Sequence record: OR757436.1
Length of the DNA: 64,000 nucleotides
Origin: Escherichia phage vB-EcoP-XT73
Strand: one strand, 5' to 3'
Positions 9,201-19,712 of this stretch are shown one piece after another. A model generated the notes under the pieces. It was given only the letters and a program-made list of their open reading frames with translations, did no database searches and was not told where the DNA came from. The stretch's first letter is position 1. Every line of letters starts with the position of its first letter. A program made the position numbers and the translations under genes.

Positions 9201-9524
9201 ATGGCAGACCATGTAGGAAAGAGAGATTATGCACAAGAAAGACGTACCGCCATCGCAAGGGGTGAAACGGGAATTGGTAGCAAGAGCGGAGATGCTCAGC
9301 GCCACCGTGCACGTCGCATCGTTGAAAAGCGCGATGGAAAAGCTGCTGTCAGAGGTAAAGACGTTGGACACAAGCGAGCCATCAAGTCAGGAGGCTCTAA
9401 TGCGTCAAGCAACTTACGTGTTGAAACAGTCAGCGGAAATCGTTCAGCTGGCGGCAAAAGTGGAGATCGAGCTGGGAAGGCAGCTGGCGCTGCTAAGCGA
9501 AAAGGAGCTTTAAGCTCCTCGTAA
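9201..9524 (+). CDS. basic, Gly/Arg/Lys-rich low-complexity protein
   Basis: AAGGAG sits 7 nt upstream of ATG 9201. An alternative overlapping frame (9229..9513) encodes a helical-looking 94-aa product; the sequence alone does not decide between them. Confidence 0.35.
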   Translation: MADHVGKRDYAQERRTAIARGETGIGSKSGDAQRHRARRIVEKRDGKAAVRGKDVGHKRAIKSGGSNASSNLRVETVSGNRSAGGKSGDRAGKAAGAAKRKGALSSS

Positions 9525-9532
9525 TATGAGGC

Positions 9533-9565
9533 TACCCAAATGGGTGGCCTTTTCTTTTATATAAA
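9533..9565 (+). terminator. rho-independent terminator
   Basis: ggctacccaaatgggtggcc hairpin followed by ttttcttttat. Confidence 0.6.
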
Positions 9566-9592
9566 CCGAATTAAACTTCTTAGGTAATAACT

Positions 9593-9841
9593 ATGTCTAT
9601 TGTAAAAACTGTAACTATTATTGATGTAATGACTGTCCGTCTGGTTAAGTGGAAATTCACCAACAATCATGGCATTGCTAATCTCATTGCAAACCAGATT
9701 GGTCATAACCCAAAAACAGCTCGTACTAACGTAATCCTCCGTGGTGCTGATGGGAAGTTCATTTCTTATAAGAATAAAGATGTAGAGAAAGAATTCCGTG
9801 TTGCAGTAGAAAACCTCATCCCATTCCCTAAAGGAGTTTAA
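9593..9841 (+). CDS. small protein, paralogue pair B
   Basis: ...HNPKTARTNVILRGADGKFISYKNK...LIPFPKGV; paralogous to the next ORF. Confidence 0.5.
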   Translation: MSIVKTVTIIDVMTVRLVKWKFTNNHGIANLIANQIGHNPKTARTNVILRGADGKFISYKNKDVEKEFRVAVENLIPFPKGV

Positions 9842-9842
9842 T

Positions 9843-10118
9843 ATGAATAAATTAGCTATGGTTCAGATTCGAGACATATACCCTAACCATCCGGAGAAAA
9901 CTTGGTCTTATCTGTTGACTGAAAGCAAGACTATTGACACATATCTTGCAGGGGTTGACACTATCCCAACCAGTATCACATTGCTCCCTCACAAAACAGC
10001 CAGAACCCATGTGATGTTACGTGACAGCAAAGGTAAGTTTATCTCTTATCGAGATGCTCGAATCAATAGCGAAATTAAATCTGCTATGGAATCTTTAACG
10101 CCATTCCCAAAAGGTTGA
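9843..10118 (+). CDS. small protein, paralogue pair B
   Basis: ...HKTARTHVMLRDSKGKFISYRDA...LTPFPKG. Confidence 0.5.
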   Translation: MNKLAMVQIRDIYPNHPEKTWSYLLTESKTIDTYLAGVDTIPTSITLLPHKTARTHVMLRDSKGKFISYRDARINSEIKSAMESLTPFPKG

Positions 10119-10281
10119 GTGATGAAAGAATATATTTACGTAGGAAAGCGCTGGGTCGGTGATGAATGGGAAGGTGGATACAGCGTTGTGAAAGCTTTTA
10201 AGTCTGAAGAAGATGCTAAGGCGTGGGTCTTAAAAGATGACGTTGGTGAGAGAACTTACATTGAAGTAGAGGTGGAGTAGA

Positions 10282-10698
10282 ATGCCATTACCAGCTAGAC
10301 ATCAAAACAGATTCCTAGTTCTCAAGTGGGATGATATCGAAATGAATCTCACTGAACACGAACTTGATTTGTTCCATGAACTGTTGTCAGAGATTCGCTC
10401 TGGTATCCCTGATCGTCAGTATGTAGTTATCAGTGATAAGCACCCTCAAGAGTTTGAAGAAGTTTGGGGTATGAAGTTAGCTTATATCCAGAGAGCTATT
10501 CGAGAAAGAGAAGAAGTCGCTAACCAAAGGGTTGTGGCCCATTTAGTACGAGAGCAACCTCGTGAAGCTGGGGCTAACCATGCACCACCTCCTCCTCGTA
10601 CAGTTATCAATGGGATGGTTAGGGCTTATAGTGACGAAGCTACCATGTTAGATGTGGTAGAAGATAACCAAGCATTTACAGATTTACTTTACCAATAA
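10282..10698 (+). CDS. hypothetical protein
   Basis: 138-aa ORF immediately upstream of the polymerase-domain gene. Confidence 0.45.
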   Translation: MPLPARHQNRFLVLKWDDIEMNLTEHELDLFHELLSEIRSGIPDRQYVVISDKHPQEFEEVWGMKLAYIQRAIREREEVANQRVVAHLVREQPREAGANHAPPPPRTVINGMVRAYSDEATMLDVVEDNQAFTDLLYQ

Positions 10699-10714
10699 TT
10701 TAAAGGAGTATAAA

Positions 10715-12559
10715 GTGAGCAACCCGGACGCTCTCCCATTTTTGACAGAGATGACTGTCGCTGATATAATCTCTAAGCAAGCGAAGCACGGAGTGAGTTT
10801 CAACCGAAGAAATGCTCGGTGGTATGTTCACCTCCTTAAAGAGATTATTGTTAATATTGACAAAGAACTGATTCCTCTCTTACCTAAGATGCGATTAGAT
10901 GGCTCTACTTACATGAAACCATTTAAGAAGTCTGGAGCTTTACAGAAATGGCCTCAAGCCTATTGTGATAGAGTTGGACTTAAGAGAGAAGACATTGGTG
11001 GAGCATTCACCTGTGTTGAATACGTAGACTTTGACCCATCGAAAGATGCACGAGTTAAAGAAGCCCTTATGGATGAGGGTTTTCTTCCTCCAGAGTTTAA
11101 CGTATCAAAGAAACCTTGGAATACTTTTGAAATCAAGAAAGATATGCGAAAGTATGGAACATACCAAGCATGGTATTCAGCTTGGATGCGAGGTAATGCT
11201 AAACAGAAGCAGACAGCCGAGATGGTTGACGCTGATATTAGGAAGTTCTTAGAAAAGCATTTTAGGTTTAAGACTAAGAACTATATGAAGGCTTATGTAT
11301 TTGGTTTAGGTTTAAATCCTAACCGACGTAGACCTATCACTTTTGACGAGATTAAGATAGCACTAGCTACCTCAAACAAGTGGCCTACAGCTCCTACAAA
11401 CCTCGAGGAGACTCTTGAAGAAGGGTTAGGGGGTGAGTTAGGAAGTGTCGGAAGTTTGCTTAAGAGACGCGTTGTAGCGGCTCACAGGCTAGGTCTTATC
11501 AGTGGACTAATAGCAAAGGAACGCGAAGATGGTAAACTTTCGGCAGAAGCTAACAGCTGCGCTACGCCGACTTTTCGATTCAAACATCGTATCGTGGTTA
11601 ATATTCCCTCCCGTGGTTTGTTTGGTCATGAGTGTCGCAGTTTGTTTGAGTCTGACTATAACTCAGATGATGATCACTCTCGTCCTTTCGTTATTACTAA
11701 CGTTGTTCCTGATGGTTGTTATATACGAAAAGGTACTAACGTAATTTACGAGAAAGGTAAGCCGGGGAAGAAAGATAAGCCTGTAGGTGCTTACAAATAT
11801 TACATACCCGCTGGTAAAGAAGTATTCTTAGGGTATGATGGTTCTGGGTTAGAGTTGCGTATGCTGGTACATTATCTAGTAAAAGAGTGCCTTGATATGA
11901 TGGAGGAGGCTAAACTAGAAAATGACAAAGTTAAATATCTAAGAGCTGAGAAAGGCTTAGAAGCTGCCTATACATACAGAGATGTACTGCTGTCTGGTGA
12001 TATTCATTCCCACAATCAGAAACTCGCTGGGCTTCCAACTCGTGACAATGCAAAAACCTTCATCTATGGATTCCTGTATGGAGCAGGAGCAGCTAAAATT
12101 GGGGAAATAGTTGGAGGGGGTGCTCAAGAAGGTGAAATTCTTAGAGAGCGATTCTTAGCGGAATGTCCTTGTATTCCTATCGTACTGGAGAGAGTTCAGG
12201 CCCGAGCGGAATCAGGCACTTTGGAAGGTGTGGATGGTCGTAAGTTAACTATGAGACGAGATGCTACTGGTAAGGTTATGGTGCATAAAGCACTGAATAC
12301 TCTACTTCAGAGTGCAGGTGCCATTGTCATGAAGTACTCTATTCTGTTTACAAACAAATGGGTAGAGCAGCAGAATATTAGAGGAAACAAAGTGATCGAT
12401 TATCATGATGAAGCACAGTGGTCTGTCAACCGTAACGACGTTGATAAAATGAAGAAGATAGCTGAGACTTGTGTTAAGAAGGCAGGTGAATATCTAAACA
12501 TGCACTGTGAACTAGCTTCTGATTGTAAAATCGGATTGAATTGGATGCAAACTCACTAA
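10715..12559 (+). CDS. DNA polymerase fragment 2: family A polymerase domain (T7 gp5-like)
   Basis: DGSGLELRMLVHY, GDIHSHNQKLAGLPTRDNAKTFIYGFLYGAG, ALNTLLQSAGA and YHDEAQ match T7 gp5 (DASGLELRCLAHF, GDIHTKNQ...PTRDNAKTFIYGFLYGAG, ALNTLLQSAGA, VHDEIQ). GTG start after AAAGGAG. The N-terminus aligns with T7 residues just after the exo domain. Confidence 0.9.
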   Translation: MSNPDALPFLTEMTVADIISKQAKHGVSFNRRNARWYVHLLKEIIVNIDKELIPLLPKMRLDGSTYMKPFKKSGALQKWPQAYCDRVGLKREDIGGAFTCVEYVDFDPSKDARVKEALMDEGFLPPEFNVSKKPWNTFEIKKDMRKYGTYQAWYSAWMRGNAKQKQTAEMVDADIRKFLEKHFRFKTKNYMKAYVFGLGLNPNRRRPITFDEIKIALATSNKWPTAPTNLEETLEEGLGGELGSVGSLLKRRVVAAHRLGLISGLIAKEREDGKLSAEANSCATPTFRFKHRIVVNIPSRGLFGHECRSLFESDYNSDDDHSRPFVITNVVPDGCYIRKGTNVIYEKGKPGKKDKPVGAYKYYIPAGKEVFLGYDGSGLELRMLVHYLVKECLDMMEEAKLENDKVKYLRAEKGLEAAYTYRDVLLSGDIHSHNQKLAGLPTRDNAKTFIYGFLYGAGAAKIGEIVGGGAQEGEILRERFLAECPCIPIVLERVQARAESGTLEGVDGRKLTMRRDATGKVMVHKALNTLLQSAGAIVMKYSILFTNKWVEQQNIRGNKVIDYHDEAQWSVNRNDVDKMKKIAETCVKKAGEYLNMHCELASDCKIGLNWMQTH

Positions 12560-12934
12560 ATTCAGAACTGAAAGATTGGAATACAAATGAACTAGTCTTA
12601 TTGATTAGTTCATAACAAGGAGATTGAAGTGGAAGAGATGCCATCGGATTGGTGTTATCGTCAGAGCGCCATCTGTAATGAACAAGGACGTCCTGATGAA
12701 GCTGAGTTTTATTTAGAACTCGCTGAACTATGGAAAGAGAGAGAGGAAAAGAATGACTGCAACTGAATTGAAAGAAACCATGTCCACTGAAGAAGGTAAA
12801 GCTTTCTTCCTAACTCAAGTACACTCTATGGGTAAAGATGCCCTTCGCCAAGCAGTCGTTGAGCTTACTGGTGTAGTGATTGACTTGAGTATTGAAAATG
12901 AAACACTTGAAGCTAAAGTAAAAAGTTAAATAAG

Positions 12935-12957
12935 AAGCTGCCTTAGGGCGGCTTTTC
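12935..12957 (+). terminator. possible terminator hairpin
   Basis: agctgccttagggcggctt followed by ttcttg; imperfect stem. Confidence 0.3.
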
Positions 12958-12975
12958 TTGTCTAAAGGATTTGAC

Positions 12976-13368
12976 ATGAATATTGGTTTAGATTACGATG
13001 ATACTTACACCTCAGATAAGAAGCTGTGGCGCTCTGTGGTGGCATTAATGCAAGCCAAAGGTTATGATGTGCGTTTTGTAACTTATCGCTTTGCAGAGCC
13101 TAATGGATATGATAATCACGACATTAAGATTGATGCAGAGTGTTTGCAGATTCCTATCATCTTTTGCAATGGTGTTCAGAAAGATAACGTATGTCGCCAG
13201 TTAGGTTTCTTTGTAGATATCTGGATTGACAACTTCCCTGTTGGAATCCCTAAGAAGGACCACCTAGATGGGATGCTGAAGGGCGTAAGACCTAATGACC
13301 TTAGGGCAGCACCTCCTGTAGAAATAGCCGCTCCTGTGTACTCTGAAGAGCCTCTGGTGATTCGATGA
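12976..13368 (+). CDS. hypothetical protein, possibly HAD-like phosphatase
   Basis: N-terminal IGLDYDDTYT resembles the HAD DxDxT motif; weak. ATG 12976 chosen because the upstream start would lie inside the hairpin. Confidence 0.35.
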   Translation: MNIGLDYDDTYTSDKKLWRSVVALMQAKGYDVRFVTYRFAEPNGYDNHDIKIDAECLQIPIIFCNGVQKDNVCRQLGFFVDIWIDNFPVGIPKKDHLDGMLKGVRPNDLRAAPPVEIAAPVYSEEPLVIR

Positions 13369-13528
13369 AAAAGTATAGTGTATGGTTTAACGAGGTAGAA
13401 GAAGGTTTTGATGAAGTTGGTGGATGGGTTAATATCCTAAACACTGATGATATAGAAGAGGCCGAGAAGTGCGCCCTAAACTATAACTCTGGATATTATG
13501 AAAGAAATTGGGAATACGAGGAAGAAGT

Positions 13529-13750
13529 ATGATTTGGATTCACACTTATAGAATTGGAAAGAAAGGGCTTACTACTGTTCACACATCTGAAGACAGTGCT
13601 AAAGCATCTCAGGCTGTACTGAAAGGAAAGATCACACCTTATGTAGTCGCTGAAGAAAAGAAAAGTCCTCCGGTTCTAGAATATCTAGGAACAGGTAAGG
13701 CTTACACAGCACTGGATGTTATTAACAACAAACAAGGAGATGTGGTGTAA
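13529..13750 (+). CDS. small protein, family A-like
   Basis: MIWIHTYRIGKKGLTTVHTSEDSAKASQAVLKG...; GAGGAAGAAG precedes the ATG. Confidence 0.4.
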   Translation: MIWIHTYRIGKKGLTTVHTSEDSAKASQAVLKGKITPYVVAEEKKSPPVLEYLGTGKAYTALDVINNKQGDVV

Positions 13751-13967
13751 AATGGAATACATTGATAAATACTCAAGTGAAGATTCAAAAGACGCTGAAG
13801 TTTTGTTCGTACTGAAAACAGACTGTTTAGAACATGGACAGCTTATCAACTTTATTGAATTGGCAAAACTTAAAGAAGAAATTGATCAACTATACAGTGA
13901 TGAGCAATCCAGATTACTTTCCTTGTCCCTGCTAGGTGACTTAACCTGTGATGGTTGCATGATATGA
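13740..13967 (+). CDS. hypothetical protein
   Basis: Small ORF; either ATG 13740 or 13752 is a possible start. Confidence 0.35.
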   Translation: MWCKMEYIDKYSSEDSKDAEVLFVLKTDCLEHGQLINFIELAKLKEEIDQLYSDEQSRLLSLSLLGDLTCDGCMI

Positions 13968-14437
13968 TAGAAGATCTTCTGGATGAGTTCTTTGTTTGTG
14001 ATTTATCATCTGGGAAAGTGTTCTGGAGAATTCACAACGGAACAAAATGCAGGCGGGGTGACGAGGCAGGAACTTCAAAAAAGGATGGAAGAGTGCTTAT
14101 TCGATTGAAAGGAAGAGCCATTTACAGATACCACATCATTTGGTATTTTGCTAATGGTGTTTTACCTAAAGATCAAATAGATCACATTGATCGAAACCCT
14201 TCCAACGATTCCATAGGCAACCTTAGAGAAGTTAACAACGAGAATAATTCTTGGAACAAGGGTTTGAACTCTAACAACACATCAGGAGCTAAGGGCGTAT
14301 ACCTCAATTCAAGAGGGAAGTACATAGCCAACATACATATTAGAGGTAAAACTAAATACCTAGGAACTTTCTCAACCCTAGAGGAAGCCGTCTCTGTTAG
14401 AAACAGAGCGGAGGAAGATCATAAATTAACTATCTAA
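13955..14437 (+). CDS. HNH endonuclease with AP2-like DNA-binding domain
   Basis: RYHIIWYFANGVLPKDQIDHIDRNPSNDSIGNLREV (HNH core) followed by GAKGVYLNSRGKYIANIHIRGKTKYLGTFSTLEEA (AP2-like). Confidence 0.7.
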   Translation: MHDMIEDLLDEFFVCDLSSGKVFWRIHNGTKCRRGDEAGTSKKDGRVLIRLKGRAIYRYHIIWYFANGVLPKDQIDHIDRNPSNDSIGNLREVNNENNSWNKGLNSNNTSGAKGVYLNSRGKYIANIHIRGKTKYLGTFSTLEEAVSVRNRAEEDHKLTI

Positions 14438-14446
14438 GAGGTCTTT

Positions 14447-15085
14447 ATGGCTGAAGTTTATTTTGCAGGAGATGGTCACTTAGGCCATCGAAACATCTGT
14501 AGTTTTCGTAAGCAATTTAAAAACATCGAAGAACATGACAAAGCAATTCTGGCTGCTTTTGACCACGTAACCAAACGTGATAAAGTTTTCTTTACCGGTG
14601 ATTGGGTGTTTGAAAAGTATGCCCTTGACATCATCGCTGAAGTTAGAGGAGAGAAGCATCTGGTCTTAGGAAATCATGACAGATTAGAACTTCTCCCTGA
14701 TATGATGAAAGTCTTCCGTAGAATCTCTGGTGACTTTAAATATAAAGAGTTTTGGGTAACTCATATTCCTATTCACTCTGATGAAATGAGAGGAAAGTAT
14801 AATATCTATGCTCATACTCATAATTCTACTATCAGAGATTGGAGATACTTTTGTACTTCTATGGAACAGATTGATTACAGAGCTGTGTCTCTGCAAGAAA
14901 TTCGTAAAGAGTTCGCTGCAAGAAAAAGCATTTTAGAAACTACATTATTTCCAGTGGGAGATAAAAGTAGAGAGCAATTGGATGAAATCCGAAAGAAGAT
15001 TCAATTAGAATCTCAAGCAGAATCTAACTTACTTTTTCAGAGAACAGTAGAACAAACTAGTTTTAAAGGTCTTTTAGAATGGTAG
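14447..15085 (+). CDS. calcineurin-like metallophosphoesterase
   Basis: GDGHLGH, TGDWV, LGNHD and HIPIH motifs. Confidence 0.7.
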   Translation: MAEVYFAGDGHLGHRNICSFRKQFKNIEEHDKAILAAFDHVTKRDKVFFTGDWVFEKYALDIIAEVRGEKHLVLGNHDRLELLPDMMKVFRRISGDFKYKEFWVTHIPIHSDEMRGKYNIYAHTHNSTIRDWRYFCTSMEQIDYRAVSLQEIRKEFAARKSILETTLFPVGDKSREQLDEIRKKIQLESQAESNLLFQRTVEQTSFKGLLEW

Positions 15086-15279
15086 AAGTTATTGTTTTAA
15101 GTTAAGTTTTCTTTTGATTTTAATAGAGAATCAAAGTCCTAGGAGTCCTCAACCTAAATCAAGGATTTCCTCAATTCTCTATTTTTATCTCGCAGGTGTC
15201 TCCTGCCCTTCGGTACTTGCAAGGGTTACGATGATTGCCCAATATACAAGCCTGCAATAGCTTTACTAGCTATACAATA

Positions 15280-15288
15280 TATACATTA
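15280..15288 (-). promoter_or_regulatory. inverted copy of the TAATGTATA motif within an AT-rich intergenic region
   Basis: Plus-strand tatacatta is the reverse complement of taatgtata; it points away from the plus-strand gene at 15419. Confidence 0.3.
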
Positions 15289-15351
15289 CTAGTGTGTTAT
15301 ATCTACTACCAAAGATACTTATATTATATAGTACCCTTATCGGTATAAGCG

Positions 15352-15360
15352 TAATGTATA
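15352..15360 (+). promoter_or_regulatory. TAATGTATA promoter-like motif
   Basis: gcgTAATGTATActatac about 60 bp upstream of the 15419 start. Confidence 0.45.
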
Positions 15361-15418
15361 CTATACATAACCGCTCAAAGAGAGCAACAATCTTTCAAAT
15401 TAAATAAGGAAATTAATA

Positions 15419-16165
15419 ATGAGCATGATCCCAACTATCGCAACTTCTTCTCGTAAATCCAACTACGATATTATCCCTGATGGTGAATATGAAGCACGTA
15501 TCGTTCGTGTAGTAGGTTTGGGTGTTCACAATCGTGATCCTTGGGTTGACCCGAAGACCAAAGCAGTAACTCCTAAGAATCCAGCTTTCCGTATGGATTT
15601 GGCTTTCGAGCTGATTGGTGTTGATGCTACTGGTAAAGATTCCGATGGTAAGGCATTAGAACCACGTCCTGCTTGCCAGTTCAAGAGTTATGATGTAAAC
15701 CCACGAGCTAAGAACTCTGGTATTCTTGATCTCTGCAAGATGATTGACCCAAGCATTCAAGCACTGAAAGGTGATCTGTCTTGGTTTAAGGATGTGTTGT
15801 TAGGTCAGCCTGTTAACATTCTGGTTAACTCCTACACTAACAAAGCTGGTGAAGTTAAAAACTCCATCAAGACCATTTCTCCAATCCCAACCAAATATCG
15901 TGCAGCAGTTGGTGAAGCTCGCAGTCCTCTGGTATTCTTCGAACCGTATGCGGAAACCGATGAGAACGTAGCATCCTATCAACTGATGTTCCCGTTCCAG
16001 CGCAACCTGCTTACTCAAGCTAATGACGCTAAGAACATGCCTCTGGCTGGTCGTGAAATTACTCGTGCTTCTGAAACAGAGCAGAAAGAAGCTACTCCTT
16101 CAATCCCTACGATTGATAAAGAGCCTGCTTCTACTTATGAAGATGACAACGACAGCCCATTCTGA
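15419..16165 (+). CDS. single-stranded DNA-binding protein (candidate)
   Basis: 248 aa ending in an acidic tail with terminal Phe (YEDDNDSPF), as in SSB and T7 gp2.5; located in the replication block. Confidence 0.5.
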   Translation: MSMIPTIATSSRKSNYDIIPDGEYEARIVRVVGLGVHNRDPWVDPKTKAVTPKNPAFRMDLAFELIGVDATGKDSDGKALEPRPACQFKSYDVNPRAKNSGILDLCKMIDPSIQALKGDLSWFKDVLLGQPVNILVNSYTNKAGEVKNSIKTISPIPTKYRAAVGEARSPLVFFEPYAETDENVASYQLMFPFQRNLLTQANDAKNMPLAGREITRASETEQKEATPSIPTIDKEPASTYEDDNDSPF

Positions 16166-16186
16166 TAACTCTCCTTGTTATAGCTT

Positions 16187-16212
16187 AGCCACCTTCGGGT
16201 GGCTTTTTTCGT
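16187..16212 (+). terminator. rho-independent terminator
   Basis: agccaccttcgggtggct hairpin followed by tttttcg. Confidence 0.65.
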
Positions 16213-16222
16213 TGGAGTCAAT

Positions 16223-16573
16223 ATGCAAAGCACTTTAAGTGATAATCTAGGATTTGTTATCTTCTCTGCTCTGGTGTTCTTTGGTGGTATGAAGTTTAAT
16301 GAGTACAGAACAGACAGTAACAATCTGGATAAAGAAAAGCATCAACAAGAGTTAGAGATTGAAAGAAGTAAGGCAGCTGATGAAGTTGCTCAGAGAGTTC
16401 TTACCGGTTTATCCAACTGGAAGAAGAACACGGAAACCGTTTATAAAGAGATGCATTATGAGAAAACTAAACCAGTTTTTTATAATGTCTGCGCTAGTGA
16501 TGACTACATCCGCATGTTCAACGAGCGACAGCAGCAGGCAATCGATGCCCTTACCAACAAACCTAAAAGCTGA
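16223..16573 (+). CDS. i-spanin (Rz-like) candidate
   Basis: N-terminal hydrophobic segment LGFVIFSALVFFGGM followed by a charged helical domain; a second ORF starts inside it in another frame. Confidence 0.4.
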   Translation: MQSTLSDNLGFVIFSALVFFGGMKFNEYRTDSNNLDKEKHQQELEIERSKAADEVAQRVLTGLSNWKKNTETVYKEMHYEKTKPVFYNVCASDDYIRMFNERQQQAIDALTNKPKS

Positions 16574-16714
16574 ATGTAGGGTTGACCTGCCTCTTTTAGA
16601 GAGTGCTCAAGGAAAGGCACTAGCCACTACGTTGGAGTGGTATCAGGACCAGTACACAGAATGTGCTGCTAATCACAATGGATTGTTAGAAGCTCTGAAA
16701 GAGCGTGGAGTAGA

Positions 16715-16718
<4 letters not shown>
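16458..16718 (+). CDS. o-spanin (Rz1-like) candidate, overlapping the 16223 gene
   Basis: MRKLNQFFIMSALVMTTSACSTSDSS looks like a signal peptide with a Cys near the cleavage region. It starts inside the upstream gene in a different frame and extends beyond it. The lipobox is atypical. Confidence 0.35.
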
Positions 16719-18091
<1,373 letters not shown>

Positions 18092-18092
18092 T

Positions 18093-18914
18093 ATGGAAGA
18101 CGTTAAGCTCCCTGAAGTAGCTATAGTGGATGCTGACGTTCTTCGATATGAAGTGGGTGCTCTTACTCAGGAGCATCCCTTTCTTGACACAGGACGTGTT
18201 CCAGTTGATTACAATTTCATGATTGAACGACTTCAGTACAAGATAGATACTATCATTGCTCGCTCAGGTTGCAGTAAGGTTGTGTTCTACTTCAGCGAAG
18301 GTGGTAACTTCCGTTTTGATGTTGCTAAGCAGCAAGACTACAAAGCAAATAGACCTCCCGGAGAAAGACCTTTTCACTGGCAAAATGTTGGTGATTACAT
18401 TAAAGGTAAATATGAATACATAGATGTATTTGGGAGAGAGGCTGATGATGCACTAGCTGAAAGGCAACGTAGGGATAAGAACACTATCATCTGTACTAGA
18501 GACAAGGATTTGTTGATAACTCCCGGATGGCACTACCGTTGGGCTTGTGGAGAAAGACAGAAAGAAGTTCCTCCTCACTATGTATCTGATTTAGTTTCGT
18601 GGCAAAACTTCTTCTATCAGATGTTGATTGGAGACGGTACAGATAATATCCCCGGATGTGGAGAACGTAAAGAAGTTATGTGGGGAGGTAAGCTCCAGCT
18701 TCGACGTCAAGGAATAGGGAAGAAAGCAGCAGCTAAGTTGTTGGCTGGTGTTACAGACAAGTGGACCATGTATCATATAGTACGAATGGAATATTATAAG
18801 AAGTTCGATACTGAAGATGAAGAGAAGATGCTTGAGAATGCTCGGCTGCTCTTTGTTGGTCAGACTCCGGAAGACCTATTTGATTGGTCGTGGCTCGAAA
18901 AAACTTGGGAATAA
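18093..18914 (+). CDS. 5'-3' exonuclease / flap endonuclease (FEN family)
   Basis: DADVLRYEV, YKANRPP, GREADDALA, TRDKDLLI and GDGTDNIPGCG in the FEN order. Confidence 0.8.
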   Translation: MEDVKLPEVAIVDADVLRYEVGALTQEHPFLDTGRVPVDYNFMIERLQYKIDTIIARSGCSKVVFYFSEGGNFRFDVAKQQDYKANRPPGERPFHWQNVGDYIKGKYEYIDVFGREADDALAERQRRDKNTIICTRDKDLLITPGWHYRWACGERQKEVPPHYVSDLVSWQNFFYQMLIGDGTDNIPGCGERKEVMWGGKLQLRRQGIGKKAAAKLLAGVTDKWTMYHIVRMEYYKKFDTEDEEKMLENARLLFVGQTPEDLFDWSWLEKTWE

Positions 18915-18924
18915 GGATATTATA

Positions 18925-19104
18925 ATGGGTAAATTTGACTATCGTTCATATGATGAAAACTCCTCCAATCGCGAATCTCGAAAAGAGCAGCGTATTAAAT
19001 ATAGTCATGAATTAGGCAATCGCTATATTAAAGAAAAGCGTGAAAAAGTATCACATCGAGTAGATAAACGTGTATGGGAAGAAGCTGATTATGGCGAAGT
19101 CTGA
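18925..19104 (+). CDS. hypothetical protein
   Basis: 59-aa charged ORF starting at the internal ATG (MGKFDYRSY...). Confidence 0.35.
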   Translation: MGKFDYRSYDENSSNRESRKEQRIKYSHELGNRYIKEKREKVSHRVDKRVWEEADYGEV

Positions 19105-19492
19105 GAAGACTAGATGCTCTGGAATGTGGACTGAAGCTCGTTACAATTCTTTCATCAAGTCAGGGATTCGTTCTCTGACTAGAAAGTGGAAGCCCATGTT
19201 CGATGCACTAGCAGACGCCAAGACAGAGCAGAAGATTAATCCAAAAACAGGCAGACTGGCAATGCACTTTAAGTGTGCCATGTGTGGTTCTGATCACCCT
19301 GTAAAGGATATGGCTATAGATCATATAAATCCTATCGTTCCTCTTGACCATGAAGCAACTTGGGATGAAATTATCTCTCGTGCTCTGTGTGAGAAAGAAG
19401 GTTTTCAGGTTCTGTGTAAAGACCCTTGTCATAAACTAAAAACTAAGATGGAAAATGATGCAAGAAAACAATTCAAAAAAGGAAATGAGTGA
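19070..19492 (+). CDS. HNH endonuclease
   Basis: CAMCGSDHPVKDMAIDHINPIVPLDHEATWDEIISRALCEKEGFQVLCKDPCHKLK; HNH core with Cys pairs. Confidence 0.7.
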   Translation: MYGKKLIMAKSEKTRCSGMWTEARYNSFIKSGIRSLTRKWKPMFDALADAKTEQKINPKTGRLAMHFKCAMCGSDHPVKDMAIDHINPIVPLDHEATWDEIISRALCEKEGFQVLCKDPCHKLKTKMENDARKQFKKGNE

Positions 19493-19712
19493 TGATCAAA
19501 AATCTACGCAACAAGTGCTTCGCTTTCGCTATCGCAATTGGAGAGGCGAGATTGCTGACCGGTCCGTTATTCCACTCCGAACCTCCGTTGCTAGCTCCCG
19601 TTTTCATAACGGTGGCAAACCTTGTTGGATTATGACAGCGATAGATGTAGAGAAAGATGAGATTCGAGAGTTCAAACTCTCTGACATTATTCAGTACTAC
19701 GATTTAATCTAG
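19455..19712 (+). CDS. hypothetical protein
   Basis: 85-aa ORF; start uncertain. Confidence 0.35.
   Translation: MMQENNSKKEMSDDQKSTQQVLRFRYRNWRGEIADRSVIPLRTSVASSRFHNGGKPCWIMTAIDVEKDEIREFKLSDIIQYYDLI

Noticed and set aside
822-12559. Intein or self-splicing intron interrupting the DNA polymerase
   Set aside because: The 9.3-kb interval contains many independent genes with their own start sites and conserved functions, and the break is at a natural domain boundary.
16359-16457. N-terminal extension of the inner spanin-like ORF (track start 16359)
   Set aside because: The signal-peptide-like sequence begins at the internal Met (16458); the upstream 33 codons are basic and overlap the outer gene, so the longer form is unlikely.
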